Below, one piece after another: positions 55,659 through 64,000 of a DNA stretch of 64,000 nt; within the stretch, counting starts at the first letter, position 1; every line of letters starts with the position of its first letter. A model generated the notes under the pieces. The model was not told where the DNA came from. It was given only the letters and a program-made list of their open reading frames with translations, and did no database searches. The stretch covers positions 93,364 through 157,363 of the forward strand of contig CAZINP010000001.1 in assembly GCA_964540635.1 (NCBI GenBank), given 5' to 3'. This DNA is from an uncultured Gammaproteobacteria bacterium (GTDB lineage: Bacteria; Patescibacteriota; Patescibacteriia; Buchananbacterales; UBA6539). The position numbers were made by a program, and so were the translations under genes.

Positions 55659-56525
55659 TTAAATTATTTTTTTTAAATATTTTTTGAATTCATCTTTTAT
55701 GTCTTTGTCCTTAAGGCCGAATTCAACATTGGCTTTAAGCCAGCCAAATTTATTGCCCAGATCATAAACTTCGCCTTCAACAACTTTGGCATAAATTGGG
55801 CGCTTTTTAAGTAAATTGGCAATAGCATCAACCAGCCAGAGTTCGTTGTCTTTGCCTAATTTGGTATTCTCCAAAGCCTCAAAAATATCAGGAGTTAAAA
55901 TGTAACCGCCCAACGAACCAAGACGACTCTTAGTTTTTTCCGGACCGGGTTTTTCTACAATTGATTTTGATTGATAAACGCCGGGTTCAACCTCAATACC
56001 TTCAATGACCGCATATTTTTTAGTTCCTTCGTCATCAATTTCTCTGGCCGTGATCACGGGGTCGCCGTATTTTTCAAAAGTATCAATTAATTGGCGAATG
56101 TGAGGTTTTTTTCCGCAATTCCAAATATCATCTCCCCAAACAACGGCAAATGGTTCATTGCCAATGATTTGTTTGGCATTGAGGATTGGGGTACCGTTGC
56201 CGTAGGGTCCTTTTTGACGAATATAAATAAAGTTGGCCAGTTCCGCCACTTCTTTGATTGATTCGCACTGTTTGGTTTTTCCGGCCTTGGTTAAATAATT
56301 TTCTAAATATTCATTGCGATCAAAATGATCTTCTATTGCTCGTTTGGTTGAACCGGTAACTAAAATAACGTCAGTAATTCCGGCCTTGGTTGCTTCTTCA
56401 ACTATGTATTGAATGATCGGTTTATCTAAAACCGGCAGCATTTCTTTAGGTTGAGCTTTTGTCGCCGGTAAAAAACGTGTACCTAAGCCGGCAACAGGGA
56501 TGACAATTTTACGAATTTTGGCCAT
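55659..56525 (-). CDS. galU: UTP--glucose-1-phosphate uridylyltransferase
   Basis: KIVIPVAGLGTRFLPATKAQPKEMLPV N-terminal signature. Confidence 0.85.
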   Translation of the reverse strand: MAKIRKIVIPVAGLGTRFLPATKAQPKEMLPVLDKPIIQYIVEEATKAGITDVILVTGSTKRAIEDHFDRNEYLENYLTKAGKTKQCESIKEVAELANFIYIRQKGPYGNGTPILNAKQIIGNEPFAVVWGDDIWNCGKKPHIRQLIDTFEKYGDPVITAREIDDEGTKKYAVIEGIEVEPGVYQSKSIVEKPGPEKTKSRLGSLGGYILTPDIFEALENTKLGKDNELWLVDAIANLLKKRPIYAKVVEGEVYDLGNKFGWLKANVEFGLKDKDIKDEFKKYLKKII

Positions 56526-56694
56526 ATTGGATTTGCTTATGAGATTAAGAGGAGGTTTGAGTTGTTAAATTATTATCTTTTATCCTTAATTTTATTGTCT
56601 CAAGCATTTAAATTATAACAAAAAACCTTCAATTTGTAAAAAACGTTTAAATATGATAAGTTGTAGCTGTTCGTGCCTGCATCCCGTATAAATC

Positions 56695-56779
56695 GGAGGG
56701 GTGGCCGAGTGGTTGAAGGCGACGGTCTCGAACACCGTTTGGGCGCAAGTCCTCGCAGGTTCGAATCCTGTCCCCTCCG
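56695..56779 (+). tRNA. tRNA-Ser (anticodon CGA), class II with long variable arm, no encoded CCA
   Basis: Acceptor GGAGGGG/CCCCUCC, 3-bp D stem, anticodon stem ACGGU/ACCGU with loop CUCGAAC, long variable arm, T loop UUCGAAU. Confidence 0.8.
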
Positions 56780-56875
56780 ATTTATACGGGAAAACCGGTT
56801 TAAGGCCGGTTTTTTTAAATTGTTTTTTATTGGTTTTTTTGTTATATTTATTTAAGTTAATAATTAAAAAATATA

Positions 56876-57381
56876 TGAAAAAACTCTCTACCATTTTTTT
56901 GATTCTGCTTTTGTCGGTATTTTTTGCCGGTTGTTCCAAAGAGAAGGAAAAAGCAAAGGAATCTTTTGGCAGCCAAGATCTTAATTGTCAGGCGGTTTGC
57001 GCCAAAGCTTCATCGCTTTGCCCGACGATTATGCCCAATGAATTTTGTCTGCAGGCTTGCCCTTTTTGGAGCGATGAACAAAAGCAACAATTCAGTCAGA
57101 CCAAAAATTGTCAGGAAATGGCCGGCCTTGATGGTGATGAGGCAGAATCATCAAACCAAGAACAGGAAGATAATACTCAGGCTGACCAGAGTGATTGCGA
57201 ATTAGCTTGCTCTAATTATGCCCTTAAGTGCCTTTCTTCGTCTGAAGATACAAGTCAGGCGGCTTATAATCAAAAATTCTTTTCTTGCATCCAAGACTGT
57301 TCTGGCTGGAAAACAAGCAAGGCCGAGTGCGTGATCAATGCTTTGGACTGTTCTTCCATTACCAATGATTGTGATTTATAA
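56876..57381 (+). CDS. Cys-rich acidic lipoprotein
   Basis: Start placed at MKKLSTIFL; lipobox FAGCS; 16 Cys. The track's upstream extension overlaps the tRNA. Confidence 0.5.
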
Positions 57382-57387
57382 AAAAAT

Positions 57388-58356
57388 ATGAAAAAAGAAT
57401 TGATAATTGGTCTTGGCGCTATTGCGGCCGTCGGGGTGGTTGCTGCCGGCGTTTATTTGAGTAAGGATGAGATTTCCGGGCTTGGCATTGAGCCGCCAAA
57501 GGAGGGGGAATATCAAGAAAAGATTGACGATTTGTATTTTGATGAATTAAAAAATCCGGAACGTTACATTTTTTGCGTAGCGAAAGAAAAAATTTCTGGC
57601 ACTTATTCAAACCAGATTATGGCCGACGAAGAAGGTGAATTAAATTATACTTCCGAGGGCGTTGAAGTTTTTGACAAACAAGACAATAAAATTTATATAC
57701 TGTCACGAGAAATTGTTTATAAATACCAAGGTCAAGCCGTGTCGGAAAATGCAATCGGTTCCGGTTTGATTGAAATTGAAGAAAGTGGCCGCTTGGTTGA
57801 GTATTATAAAAAAAACGATGCACCTATCAGGCTTGATTATAATTCAAATATTTTGTTCCCCGCGCCTGAAAGAAAAACCAAAGATTGGGTCTATGTTAAC
57901 TCGGTTTTAACCGGCACTGCCATGGGCTTGACCCAGAAAACTACCGAAACTAGCAAAGAGGACGCAAAAACTTTTTGCCAACCATTTGGTCTGGGTGGCT
58001 CAGCCTCAAACAAGGGTGCTGTGATTGCGCCCGATTCTTTTTATTTTAGTAAGGATTGCACAACTCCAACCGTTACTCCTGGCGTAAGTTTTTACGGCAA
58101 TTTTGATTATGTCTGCGACAATCTTGATTACCTTAAGGCCGTTGATTTATTGAAGTATTATCGGGATTTGGAAGATTTAAATAAAAATAAACTTGAAAAT
58201 GTTTACGAAACCGAGCCGATTGAAGCAGAAACCGCTTCCCAAAAAATTAAAGAGGACGGTATCAGGGCAAACGATGATGATCTGGAAAAAATTCCAAACG
58301 CCGAAGAATTAAACAAATTGCTGGAAGAAGCTAAGGCAAACGCATCCGCCAACTAG
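57388..58356 (+). CDS. N-terminally anchored secreted hypothetical protein
   Basis: Single TM helix followed by a 300-aa ectodomain. Confidence 0.45.
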   Translation: MKKELIIGLGAIAAVGVVAAGVYLSKDEISGLGIEPPKEGEYQEKIDDLYFDELKNPERYIFCVAKEKISGTYSNQIMADEEGELNYTSEGVEVFDKQDNKIYILSREIVYKYQGQAVSENAIGSGLIEIEESGRLVEYYKKNDAPIRLDYNSNILFPAPERKTKDWVYVNSVLTGTAMGLTQKTTETSKEDAKTFCQPFGLGGSASNKGAVIAPDSFYFSKDCTTPTVTPGVSFYGNFDYVCDNLDYLKAVDLLKYYRDLEDLNKNKLENVYETEPIEAETASQKIKEDGIRANDDDLEKIPNAEELNKLLEEAKANASAN

Positions 58357-58559
58357 TCTCGTGAAATGTTTCAAAAAATCACAAATATTTTTCACTTTTA
58401 ACGTTTTTAAGGGATTAAAAAAAATATTTTGGAGGTTGGCATTTTGAGATGGTTGCTGCTTTGAGGGCTTAATTTTTTGCCTTGATTTTTTGGTCAGTAT
58501 ACCATTTGGTTTGACATTATTCTTTAGAGAAAAACATTTAACAAACTTTAAAAATAATT

Positions 58560-58934
58560 ATGATTAATAAATTTTTTTTATTTTTGATTGTTATTACAAC
58601 CTTTTCTTTAAGTGGTTGTTTGAATCAAAAAAATGAAACATCTAAGCAACCGGCCGATAATTTTCGGGATAGTAATCAGGAATTATTAAAAAATTATGAT
58701 TTTTCTGAGATTACCAAGCACGATTCCAAAGATGATTGCTGGCTTTTAATTGAAAATAAAGTTTATAATGTAACCGATTATGTAAATTCTCACCCCGGTG
58801 GCCAGGCGATAGTTCAAGGTTGCGGCAAAGATTCAACCGAACTTTATAATTCTCGTCCAATGGGTTCGGGCACGTCCCACTCCGATAGTGCCAAGCAGCA
58901 ATTAGAAAAATATTATATTGGAAATTTAAAATAA
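58560..58934 (+). CDS. Cytochrome b5-like heme-binding domain lipoprotein
   Basis: Lipobox LSGC; HPGG motif (NSHPGGQAIV) with conserved His spacing. Confidence 0.6.
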   Translation: MINKFFLFLIVITTFSLSGCLNQKNETSKQPADNFRDSNQELLKNYDFSEITKHDSKDDCWLLIENKVYNVTDYVNSHPGGQAIVQGCGKDSTELYNSRPMGSGTSHSDSAKQQLEKYYIGNLK

Positions 58935-58935
58935 T

Positions 58936-59385
58936 ATGGATAAGCCGCCTCGAGATTCCGCCAGGGCAATTGTTATTAGAGACGGTTTTATTTTGTTAAT
59001 TTACAGATTAAAAAATGGCAAGGAATATTTTGTTTTGCCGGGGGGTGGAATAGAAATGAATGAAACCTCCGAACAAGCAGTTTTACGCGAAGTAAAAGAA
59101 GAAGCCGGCATTACAATTAAACCCGAGAAATTAATTTATGAATTGATTGAAAGCAGTGGAGCCAAACAAGATTTTTGGCTTTGTTTTTATATTGAGGGAG
59201 AACCGAATTTAAGCCAAGACAGTATTGAAAAACAAATTGAGTCGGAAGTTAATGTCTATAGACCGCAATGGTTTGATTTGAAAAAGATTAATGAAATAAT
59301 TTTATTGCCGCCATTAATTAAGGAGGCCCTGGTTTGCGATATTAAGGCCGGTAAATTTGTTTATAAAAAAATTCTTGAAAAATAA
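58936..59385 (+). CDS. NUDIX hydrolase
   Basis: Nudix box GGGIEMNETSEQAVLREVKEEAGI. Confidence 0.7.
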   Translation: MDKPPRDSARAIVIRDGFILLIYRLKNGKEYFVLPGGGIEMNETSEQAVLREVKEEAGITIKPEKLIYELIESSGAKQDFWLCFYIEGEPNLSQDSIEKQIESEVNVYRPQWFDLKKINEIILLPPLIKEALVCDIKAGKFVYKKILEK

Positions 59386-59837
59386 TGAAAAAGTTTTTTT
59401 TAAAAAACCGGAAATTATTTTTTCTTTTAGCAATCATATTTGGAATAATATTTTTTGCGTTGATTTTTAAAGAGTTGCAATATTATCGTCAGGTTACCGT
59501 CGGCTCAACTCAAATTAAAGTAAGACTGGCCCTAACGCCAAATCAACAAGTCAACGGCCTTAGTCGGCAAAAAAATTTTGGCAATGTTCAGGGGGTGCTT
59601 TTTGTTTATAGTCAGCCCGCGAGACCAACCTTTTGGATGAAGGAAATGAATTTTCCAATTGATTTAATTTGGATTGGCAATAAACGGGTGATTGGTTTGG
59701 AAAAAAATCTTTTGCCGGAAGGAAAAAATCCTCAAAATTTATATTCGTCGCCGGGCGAGATTGATTATGTTCTGGAGGTTCCGGCCGGGTTTATTGAGAA
59801 AAACAATATCAAAATTGGAGACGGATTTATTTGGTAA
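59385..59837 (+). CDS. DUF192-family protein
   Basis: Signal-anchor; IDLIWIG...E motif typical of COG1430/DUF192. Confidence 0.5.
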   Translation: MKKFFLKNRKLFFLLAIIFGIIFFALIFKELQYYRQVTVGSTQIKVRLALTPNQQVNGLSRQKNFGNVQGVLFVYSQPARPTFWMKEMNFPIDLIWIGNKRVIGLEKNLLPEGKNPQNLYSSPGEIDYVLEVPAGFIEKNNIKIGDGFIW

Positions 59838-59873
59838 AGCCTCGCTAAATTTATTAATTTTTTACAATATTTT

Positions 59874-60737
59874 ATGGGCATAGGGTTTGCCTTTTTAGCG
59901 CTTTTATCTTGGGGGGTTGGCGATTTCTTAATACAGAGAAGTACGAGGCAGCTTGGCGATTTGGCGGCCTTGTTTTACGTCACGGTTTTTGGGAGTATAA
60001 TGTTTCTCCCATTTGTTTTTTCTGATTTTTTAGAGCTTATTAAAAACTCACCCCAAGATTTGGGCATTCTTTTTTTAACCGCCGTTATCATAATGGTGGC
60101 GGCAATTTTTGACTTTAAGGCTTTGCGTTTAGGTAAAATTTCGGTAGTTGAACCGGTTTTTGCTTTTGAGGTTCCGATTACGGTTATTTTAGGAATGGTT
60201 TTTATCAATGAGTTTTTAACCTCGACGCAACTTTTTTTGATTTTCTTTTTGGTTTTAGGAATAGTTTTGATTGCCGTTAAGAAATTTTCAGATTTTAAAA
60301 ATATCCGTCTTGAAGCGGGTGTTTGGTTGGCGCTAGCCGCGACTTGTGGCATGGGCGTAGTTAATTTTTTGTTTGGGCTCAGCGCTCGGGAAACCAGCCC
60401 ATTAATGATTAATTGGTTTATTAATATTTTTATCGCTTTTGTTCTGTTGTGCCATTTTGTTTTTTCCAAAAAAATAAAAGAAACAATAAATTTGTGGCGA
60501 AGTCATAGGAGTTTAATTATTTCTGTTTCAATTATAGATAATTTTGCCTGGTTATTTTTTGCGGCCGCCACCACCTTCATTCCCATTGCCATTGCTACCG
60601 GTTTTTCGGAAAGTTATATTGCCTTAGCCGCCGGTTTGGGTTTGGTTTTTAATAAAGAGAAGCTAAAATTGCATCAGTGGGTCGGTTTGGTGGTGGTAAT
60701 TTTAGCGGTTACGTTTTTAGCATTTGTCACCAAATAA
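59874..60737 (+). CDS. EamA/DMT-family transporter
   Basis: 10 TM helices in two EamA-like halves. Confidence 0.6.
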   Translation: MGIGFAFLALLSWGVGDFLIQRSTRQLGDLAALFYVTVFGSIMFLPFVFSDFLELIKNSPQDLGILFLTAVIIMVAAIFDFKALRLGKISVVEPVFAFEVPITVILGMVFINEFLTSTQLFLIFFLVLGIVLIAVKKFSDFKNIRLEAGVWLALAATCGMGVVNFLFGLSARETSPLMINWFINIFIAFVLLCHFVFSKKIKETINLWRSHRSLIISVSIIDNFAWLFFAAATTFIPIAIATGFSESYIALAAGLGLVFNKEKLKLHQWVGLVVVILAVTFLAFVTK

Positions 60738-60776
60738 TTTTTCCAATTCACTTAAAAGTGCTATTCTTAATTTAAT

Positions 60777-61445
60777 ATGTCAAAGAAAATATTTCTATTC
60801 TTATTTTTTCTTTTCTTACCCTTGTTTGTTTTTGCCCATCAGCCGAGACTGGCTTCCGGAGTGGAGATGCAGGTTATCCAGGAGCCGGAAATATCAAAGG
60901 CTTATTATGGAGTTTTACGGGGCCAGCCGGAGTATTATCAAATTCAGTCTGATTTAGATTTTAAATTTTATATTAATATTTTGGTGCCGGATTTGCCGGA
61001 AAGTCATCGCGATTTTAAAGTTGAAGTTTATAATGAAGATTATTCGCAATTGCCTTTTTTAATTTTGGATGGTCAAAGCTTTATTTGGCAAAAATACTAC
61101 GAAGAATATGCGGGCGACACATACTTAAAAGGACCGGAAGATAAGCAAGATCTGGGTCCGGGAACATATACGATAAAAGTTTTCTCTGAAAATAACGAGG
61201 GCAAATATGTTTTAGTGGTTGGTGAAAAAGAAGTGTTTGGTTTAGCTCAGGTTTGGGAAATGGTTACGGTTTTGCCGATTATTAAAATGAATTTTTTTAA
61301 TAAATCGCCGTTTATGCTTTTGTATTCGGTTTTTGGGGAGTATTTAATATTTGGATTTTTAGGCCTTTTTGTTTTTGTATTTTTTATTTCATATATAATT
61401 CGTCTTTGGGAGAAGAAAGAATTAAAAAGAAGAAAAAGGCGTTAG
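60777..61445 (+). CDS. Secreted protein with a C-terminal TM anchor, hypothetical
   Basis: Signal peptide, C-terminal TM helix and a KRRKRR tail. Confidence 0.45.
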   Translation: MSKKIFLFLFFLFLPLFVFAHQPRLASGVEMQVIQEPEISKAYYGVLRGQPEYYQIQSDLDFKFYINILVPDLPESHRDFKVEVYNEDYSQLPFLILDGQSFIWQKYYEEYAGDTYLKGPEDKQDLGPGTYTIKVFSENNEGKYVLVVGEKEVFGLAQVWEMVTVLPIIKMNFFNKSPFMLLYSVFGEYLIFGFLGLFVFVFFISYIIRLWEKKELKRRKRR

Positions 61446-61518
61446 CAATTTTTTAGGTAAAAGGAAAGCGGCTCCGATATCCGATCGGAGCCGCTGATTT
61501 TTTACGCGTTGCGCCCGG

Positions 61519-62190
61519 CTAGAAGCCGATGAGCTGGGCGGCCAAGAGCCGCGCCACGGCAAAGCCGGTGAACTGATCACCAAGCCGTGTGGCTTGTCGC
61601 CAGGGCACGAACCGGCAGCCGTAGATCAACTCGGCCATTTTACTGACCGGTTTGACCAGCCCTTCGCGAAACTTGAGAAGGCCATCTTCGGCCGGCTCAA
61701 GCTGAATGGGCAATACTTCCATGGCGTAGTACTTTACGCCTTCACCCATCTGCGCGGTGTCAAAGAAGGCGGAGTTGGAGTTGCCCGCCTCACCGTCCAA
61801 CGCTTTCATGCGTTTGTCCGGGGACAGCCATCCGATCTCTTCTTCCAGTTCCCGCACGGCCGCCTCAAAGTTGTGCTCGCCTGGATCCATAAATCCTCGA
61901 GGCACGTTCCAGACCTTGCCGGCACTCTGCAGGGGGCGGTTCTGCTGGACCAGGCCAACCATCAGCTTGCCTTCAACGACGGAAAACGGGATGGTGACCA
62001 CGCCACCACCGCCGAGTTCGTGGAAGCACCAGGCGTCCCAACCGCCAGGGGTGAGTCCGTAAAGGAGCTCGCCAAACTTGGGGTTGTACAGGCGAAGCAG
62101 AGAAACTTTCTCCACTTTCTTACCGTTTACTTCCAGGCTCCACCCGCGGCTTGCCTGCTGTTCAGCAGGGATTTCTGTAATATAATTCAT
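61519..62190 (-). CDS. High-GC NUDIX hydrolase
   Basis: Nudix box GFMDPGEHNFEAAVRELEEEIG. GC about 58%. Promoter TTGACA-17-TAATAT at about 62330-62366 (minus strand) and a 140-nt leader. Bidirectional terminator at 61468-61500. Confidence 0.65.
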   Translation of the reverse strand: MNYITEIPAEQQASRGWSLEVNGKKVEKVSLLRLYNPKFGELLYGLTPGGWDAWCFHELGGGGVVTIPFSVVEGKLMVGLVQQNRPLQSAGKVWNVPRGFMDPGEHNFEAAVRELEEEIGWLSPDKRMKALDGEAGNSNSAFFDTAQMGEGVKYYAMEVLPIQLEPAEDGLLKFREGLVKPVSKMAELIYGCRFVPWRQATRLGDQFTGFAVARLLAAQLIGF

Positions 62191-62376
62191 TCGCTATACT
62201 CCTTCTTTACCACTTACTTGTGGCAAATAGAAGCCAAAGCAACCGCTTGTCATCCGAGCCAGGCTCAAGACTATTTGCCGAACTTATTCCGGCAAAAGCT
62301 AAATTGCTACAAAAGAACTAAAAAAAGCTTAAAGATAAGCTTTATATATTAGCATAAATTTTAAGTTTTGTCAACC

Positions 62377-63327
62377 TTAAGTCCTTTTTGTTAAATACTG
62401 ATATTTTTCCCTGGCTGCTTGGGCTTTGCCTTGGTTTCTATTGGCTTTTACCTTATCACCCATCTCTTCATAAATTTCAGCAAAAGCGTCTAAGGACATC
62501 ACTTCCAGGTTTGGAATTTTTTTGAGCAAGGCGTAGTTGTGTGCCGCTTTAATTAATTCAAGGGCCATATCCAAATGATCTTTTCTTTCTGATTCTTGCT
62601 TGGTTTGTCTTTGGCGTCTTGCCAGCTCAATGTGAGCCAAGGCCTCGTCAATGCGTGCTCTCATGGCGTCGTAATTATGATCAAGCGCTTCCATGCTGGA
62701 AGCTACCTCTTCAAAACCTTTGATTTTATCTTTAGGCTTTAGGTTTTTAGAAAAGGTTAGGCCGTATTTGATTTTTTCGGCCAGAACGCTATCGCCGGTA
62801 CGGTTGGCGGTTTCCAGGGCTTGGCGATTGTAATCAAGGGCTTTTTGCGGATCTTTTTCTTGACTGGCTTTCCAGCTGGCAATATTATGCAAAACGGTTG
62901 CAATGATGGATTTATCGTCAATTTTTTCTTCATTGTCAAAAATGATGGTTGCCAAGCGATTAAGCAGTGTCTTATCGCGACGCTGAAAAGCTAAATCCAG
63001 GTATTCAACCAAAATTTGCTCTGGCAAATCGTATTCATGAATAAAATCAATTACTTCACTGCCACGGCAGTGATAAATGTTTGTCGGACCGAATTTTTCT
63101 CTAAACAATGAATCAAAGCCTTTTTCTAACAAATCATAGTTTAAATTTTTTTCACCGCGTCGTTGAATTAAGCTTCTTAAATTTTTGGGGTCCTGTAAAA
63201 TTTTTTGAACTTGATTTGTATCTTTTGAGCCTAAAGCGCCTTCTAGGGACTCAACAACCTCCAGAGTTTGCTCCGGTTTTTCGTGGATTTGCCAGTTAAT
63301 TGTCTCTTTGTTTCTATCATTTTCCAT
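62377..63327 (-). CDS. Hypothetical alpha-helical cytoplasmic protein
   Basis: ORF only. Confidence 0.4.
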   Translation of the reverse strand: MENDRNKETINWQIHEKPEQTLEVVESLEGALGSKDTNQVQKILQDPKNLRSLIQRRGEKNLNYDLLEKGFDSLFREKFGPTNIYHCRGSEVIDFIHEYDLPEQILVEYLDLAFQRRDKTLLNRLATIIFDNEEKIDDKSIIATVLHNIASWKASQEKDPQKALDYNRQALETANRTGDSVLAEKIKYGLTFSKNLKPKDKIKGFEEVASSMEALDHNYDAMRARIDEALAHIELARRQRQTKQESERKDHLDMALELIKAAHNYALLKKIPNLEVMSLDAFAEIYEEMGDKVKANRNQGKAQAAREKYQYLTKRT

Positions 63328-63428
63328 GGCTTAATCCTAACAAAAAAGTTAAAAATAAACAATGTTTAGTATTTACCGATCTTAGAAATTGTAATAGAAT
63401 AAAAACGAATAAATATTAACTATAATTT

Positions 63429-63983
63429 ATGTTTGCCAAGGTAAAAGTTTTAGTTGCGGGCTGTTTAGCTTCCGAGTCCGACGGCCGCACCTGCCCGACA
63501 GTGACCTTAGTTCAGGATAAAAATTTGAATATTGTAGTTGATCCGGGGACGGTTTCTGATTTTAATTTAATCACTAAATCTTTAGCCGAAAATGGCTTGG
63601 AATTAAACGATATTAATTTGGTTTTTTTGACCCATTGCCACTTTGATCATTTTTATAATGTTTCAGCATTTAAAAGTGCCGAAGTGTTTGACTTTTGGGG
63701 AATTTGGAAAAATAATTTAATTAGGGAGAACCCCGGTCAGTTAAGTGAAAACATCTCTGTTATTAATACACCGGGCCACAGCTATGATTCGCAAACAATG
63801 TTGGTTAAAACCGAGGAAGGACTGGTGGCAATTTGCGGTGATGTTTACTGGAAGGAAAATTGGCCGGTTATTGACGAGTATGCTTCAAAATTAAATCAGT
63901 TGGCCGAAAGCCGAGATAAAATTTTGAAAGTGGCTGACTTTATTGTCCCCGGTCATGGTTTAATGTATAAAGTGAAAAAATAA
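63429..63983 (+). CDS. MBL-fold metallo-hydrolase
   Basis: THCHFDH motif. Confidence 0.6.
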   Translation: MFAKVKVLVAGCLASESDGRTCPTVTLVQDKNLNIVVDPGTVSDFNLITKSLAENGLELNDINLVFLTHCHFDHFYNVSAFKSAEVFDFWGIWKNNLIRENPGQLSENISVINTPGHSYDSQTMLVKTEEGLVAICGDVYWKENWPVIDEYASKLNQLAESRDKILKVADFIVPGHGLMYKVKK

Positions 63984-64000
63984 TATGAGTGAACCCGAAA

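Noticed and set aside
56613-57381. ORFs 56613-56939 (minus), 56673-56855 and 56701-57381 (plus; N-terminal part)
   Set aside because: They overlap the tRNA-Ser gene and its terminator. The real lipoprotein starts at 56876.
61594-62352. 252-aa plus-strand ORF
   Set aside because: Antisense to the NUDIX gene, whose Nudix box is unambiguous. This is a high-GC antisense ORF artefact.

Overview
This window is low-GC (about 35-40%), gene-dense bacterial DNA with many small secreted or membrane proteins. By inference from gene content it resembles a CPR/Patescibacteria-type genome. It spans the chromosomal origin region: rpmH-rnpA-yidD-yidC on the minus strand, then dnaA and dnaN on the plus strand, with DnaA-box clusters on both sides of dnaA. 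Recognisable housekeeping genes are an rnhB fragment, a YraN-family gene, nusA, tig, argS, a 4Fe-4S ferredoxin, a class A PBP, ruvC, yebC, tmk, galT-like, galU, a PGI/PMI-type SIS isomerase and tRNA-Ser(CGA).

The accessory content is more interesting. (1) A roughly 20 kb cell-surface locus runs from 35820 to 56525. It holds PGI/PMI, three GT2 polyprenyl-phosphate-sugar-synthase-like genes, six large polytopic GT-C-like membrane proteins (three are tandem paralogs), a tandem array of ten paralogous pilin-like two-helix membrane proteins with hypervariable S/T-rich N-terminal regions, an orphan sugar-binding SBP and galU. I read this as a candidate protein/pilin glycosylation and display system. 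(2) A roughly 1 kb high-GC cassette carries its own promoter, an M50 site-2-protease-family gene and a terminator, bounded by 21-bp inverted repeats. (3) Two copies of a roughly 130-bp direct repeat duplicate the 3' end of tig and bracket a 2-gene insert. (4) Two palindromic structured elements bracket a gene with a C-terminal PD-(D/E)xK-like motif. (5) A Doc-family toxin-antitoxin pair has a GTTAAC(C) operator array and sits next to an NDT-like gene. (6) A GC-rich nested-stem element lies at about 15.7 kb. (7) Several high-GC islets carry single foreign-looking genes: a lipoprotein inserted inside the pilin array, a NUDIX hydrolase and small Cys-containing ORFs.

No CRISPR array, rRNA, integrase or transposase is visible. 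Every family assignment rests on motifs I read by eye and needs confirmation by HMM search.
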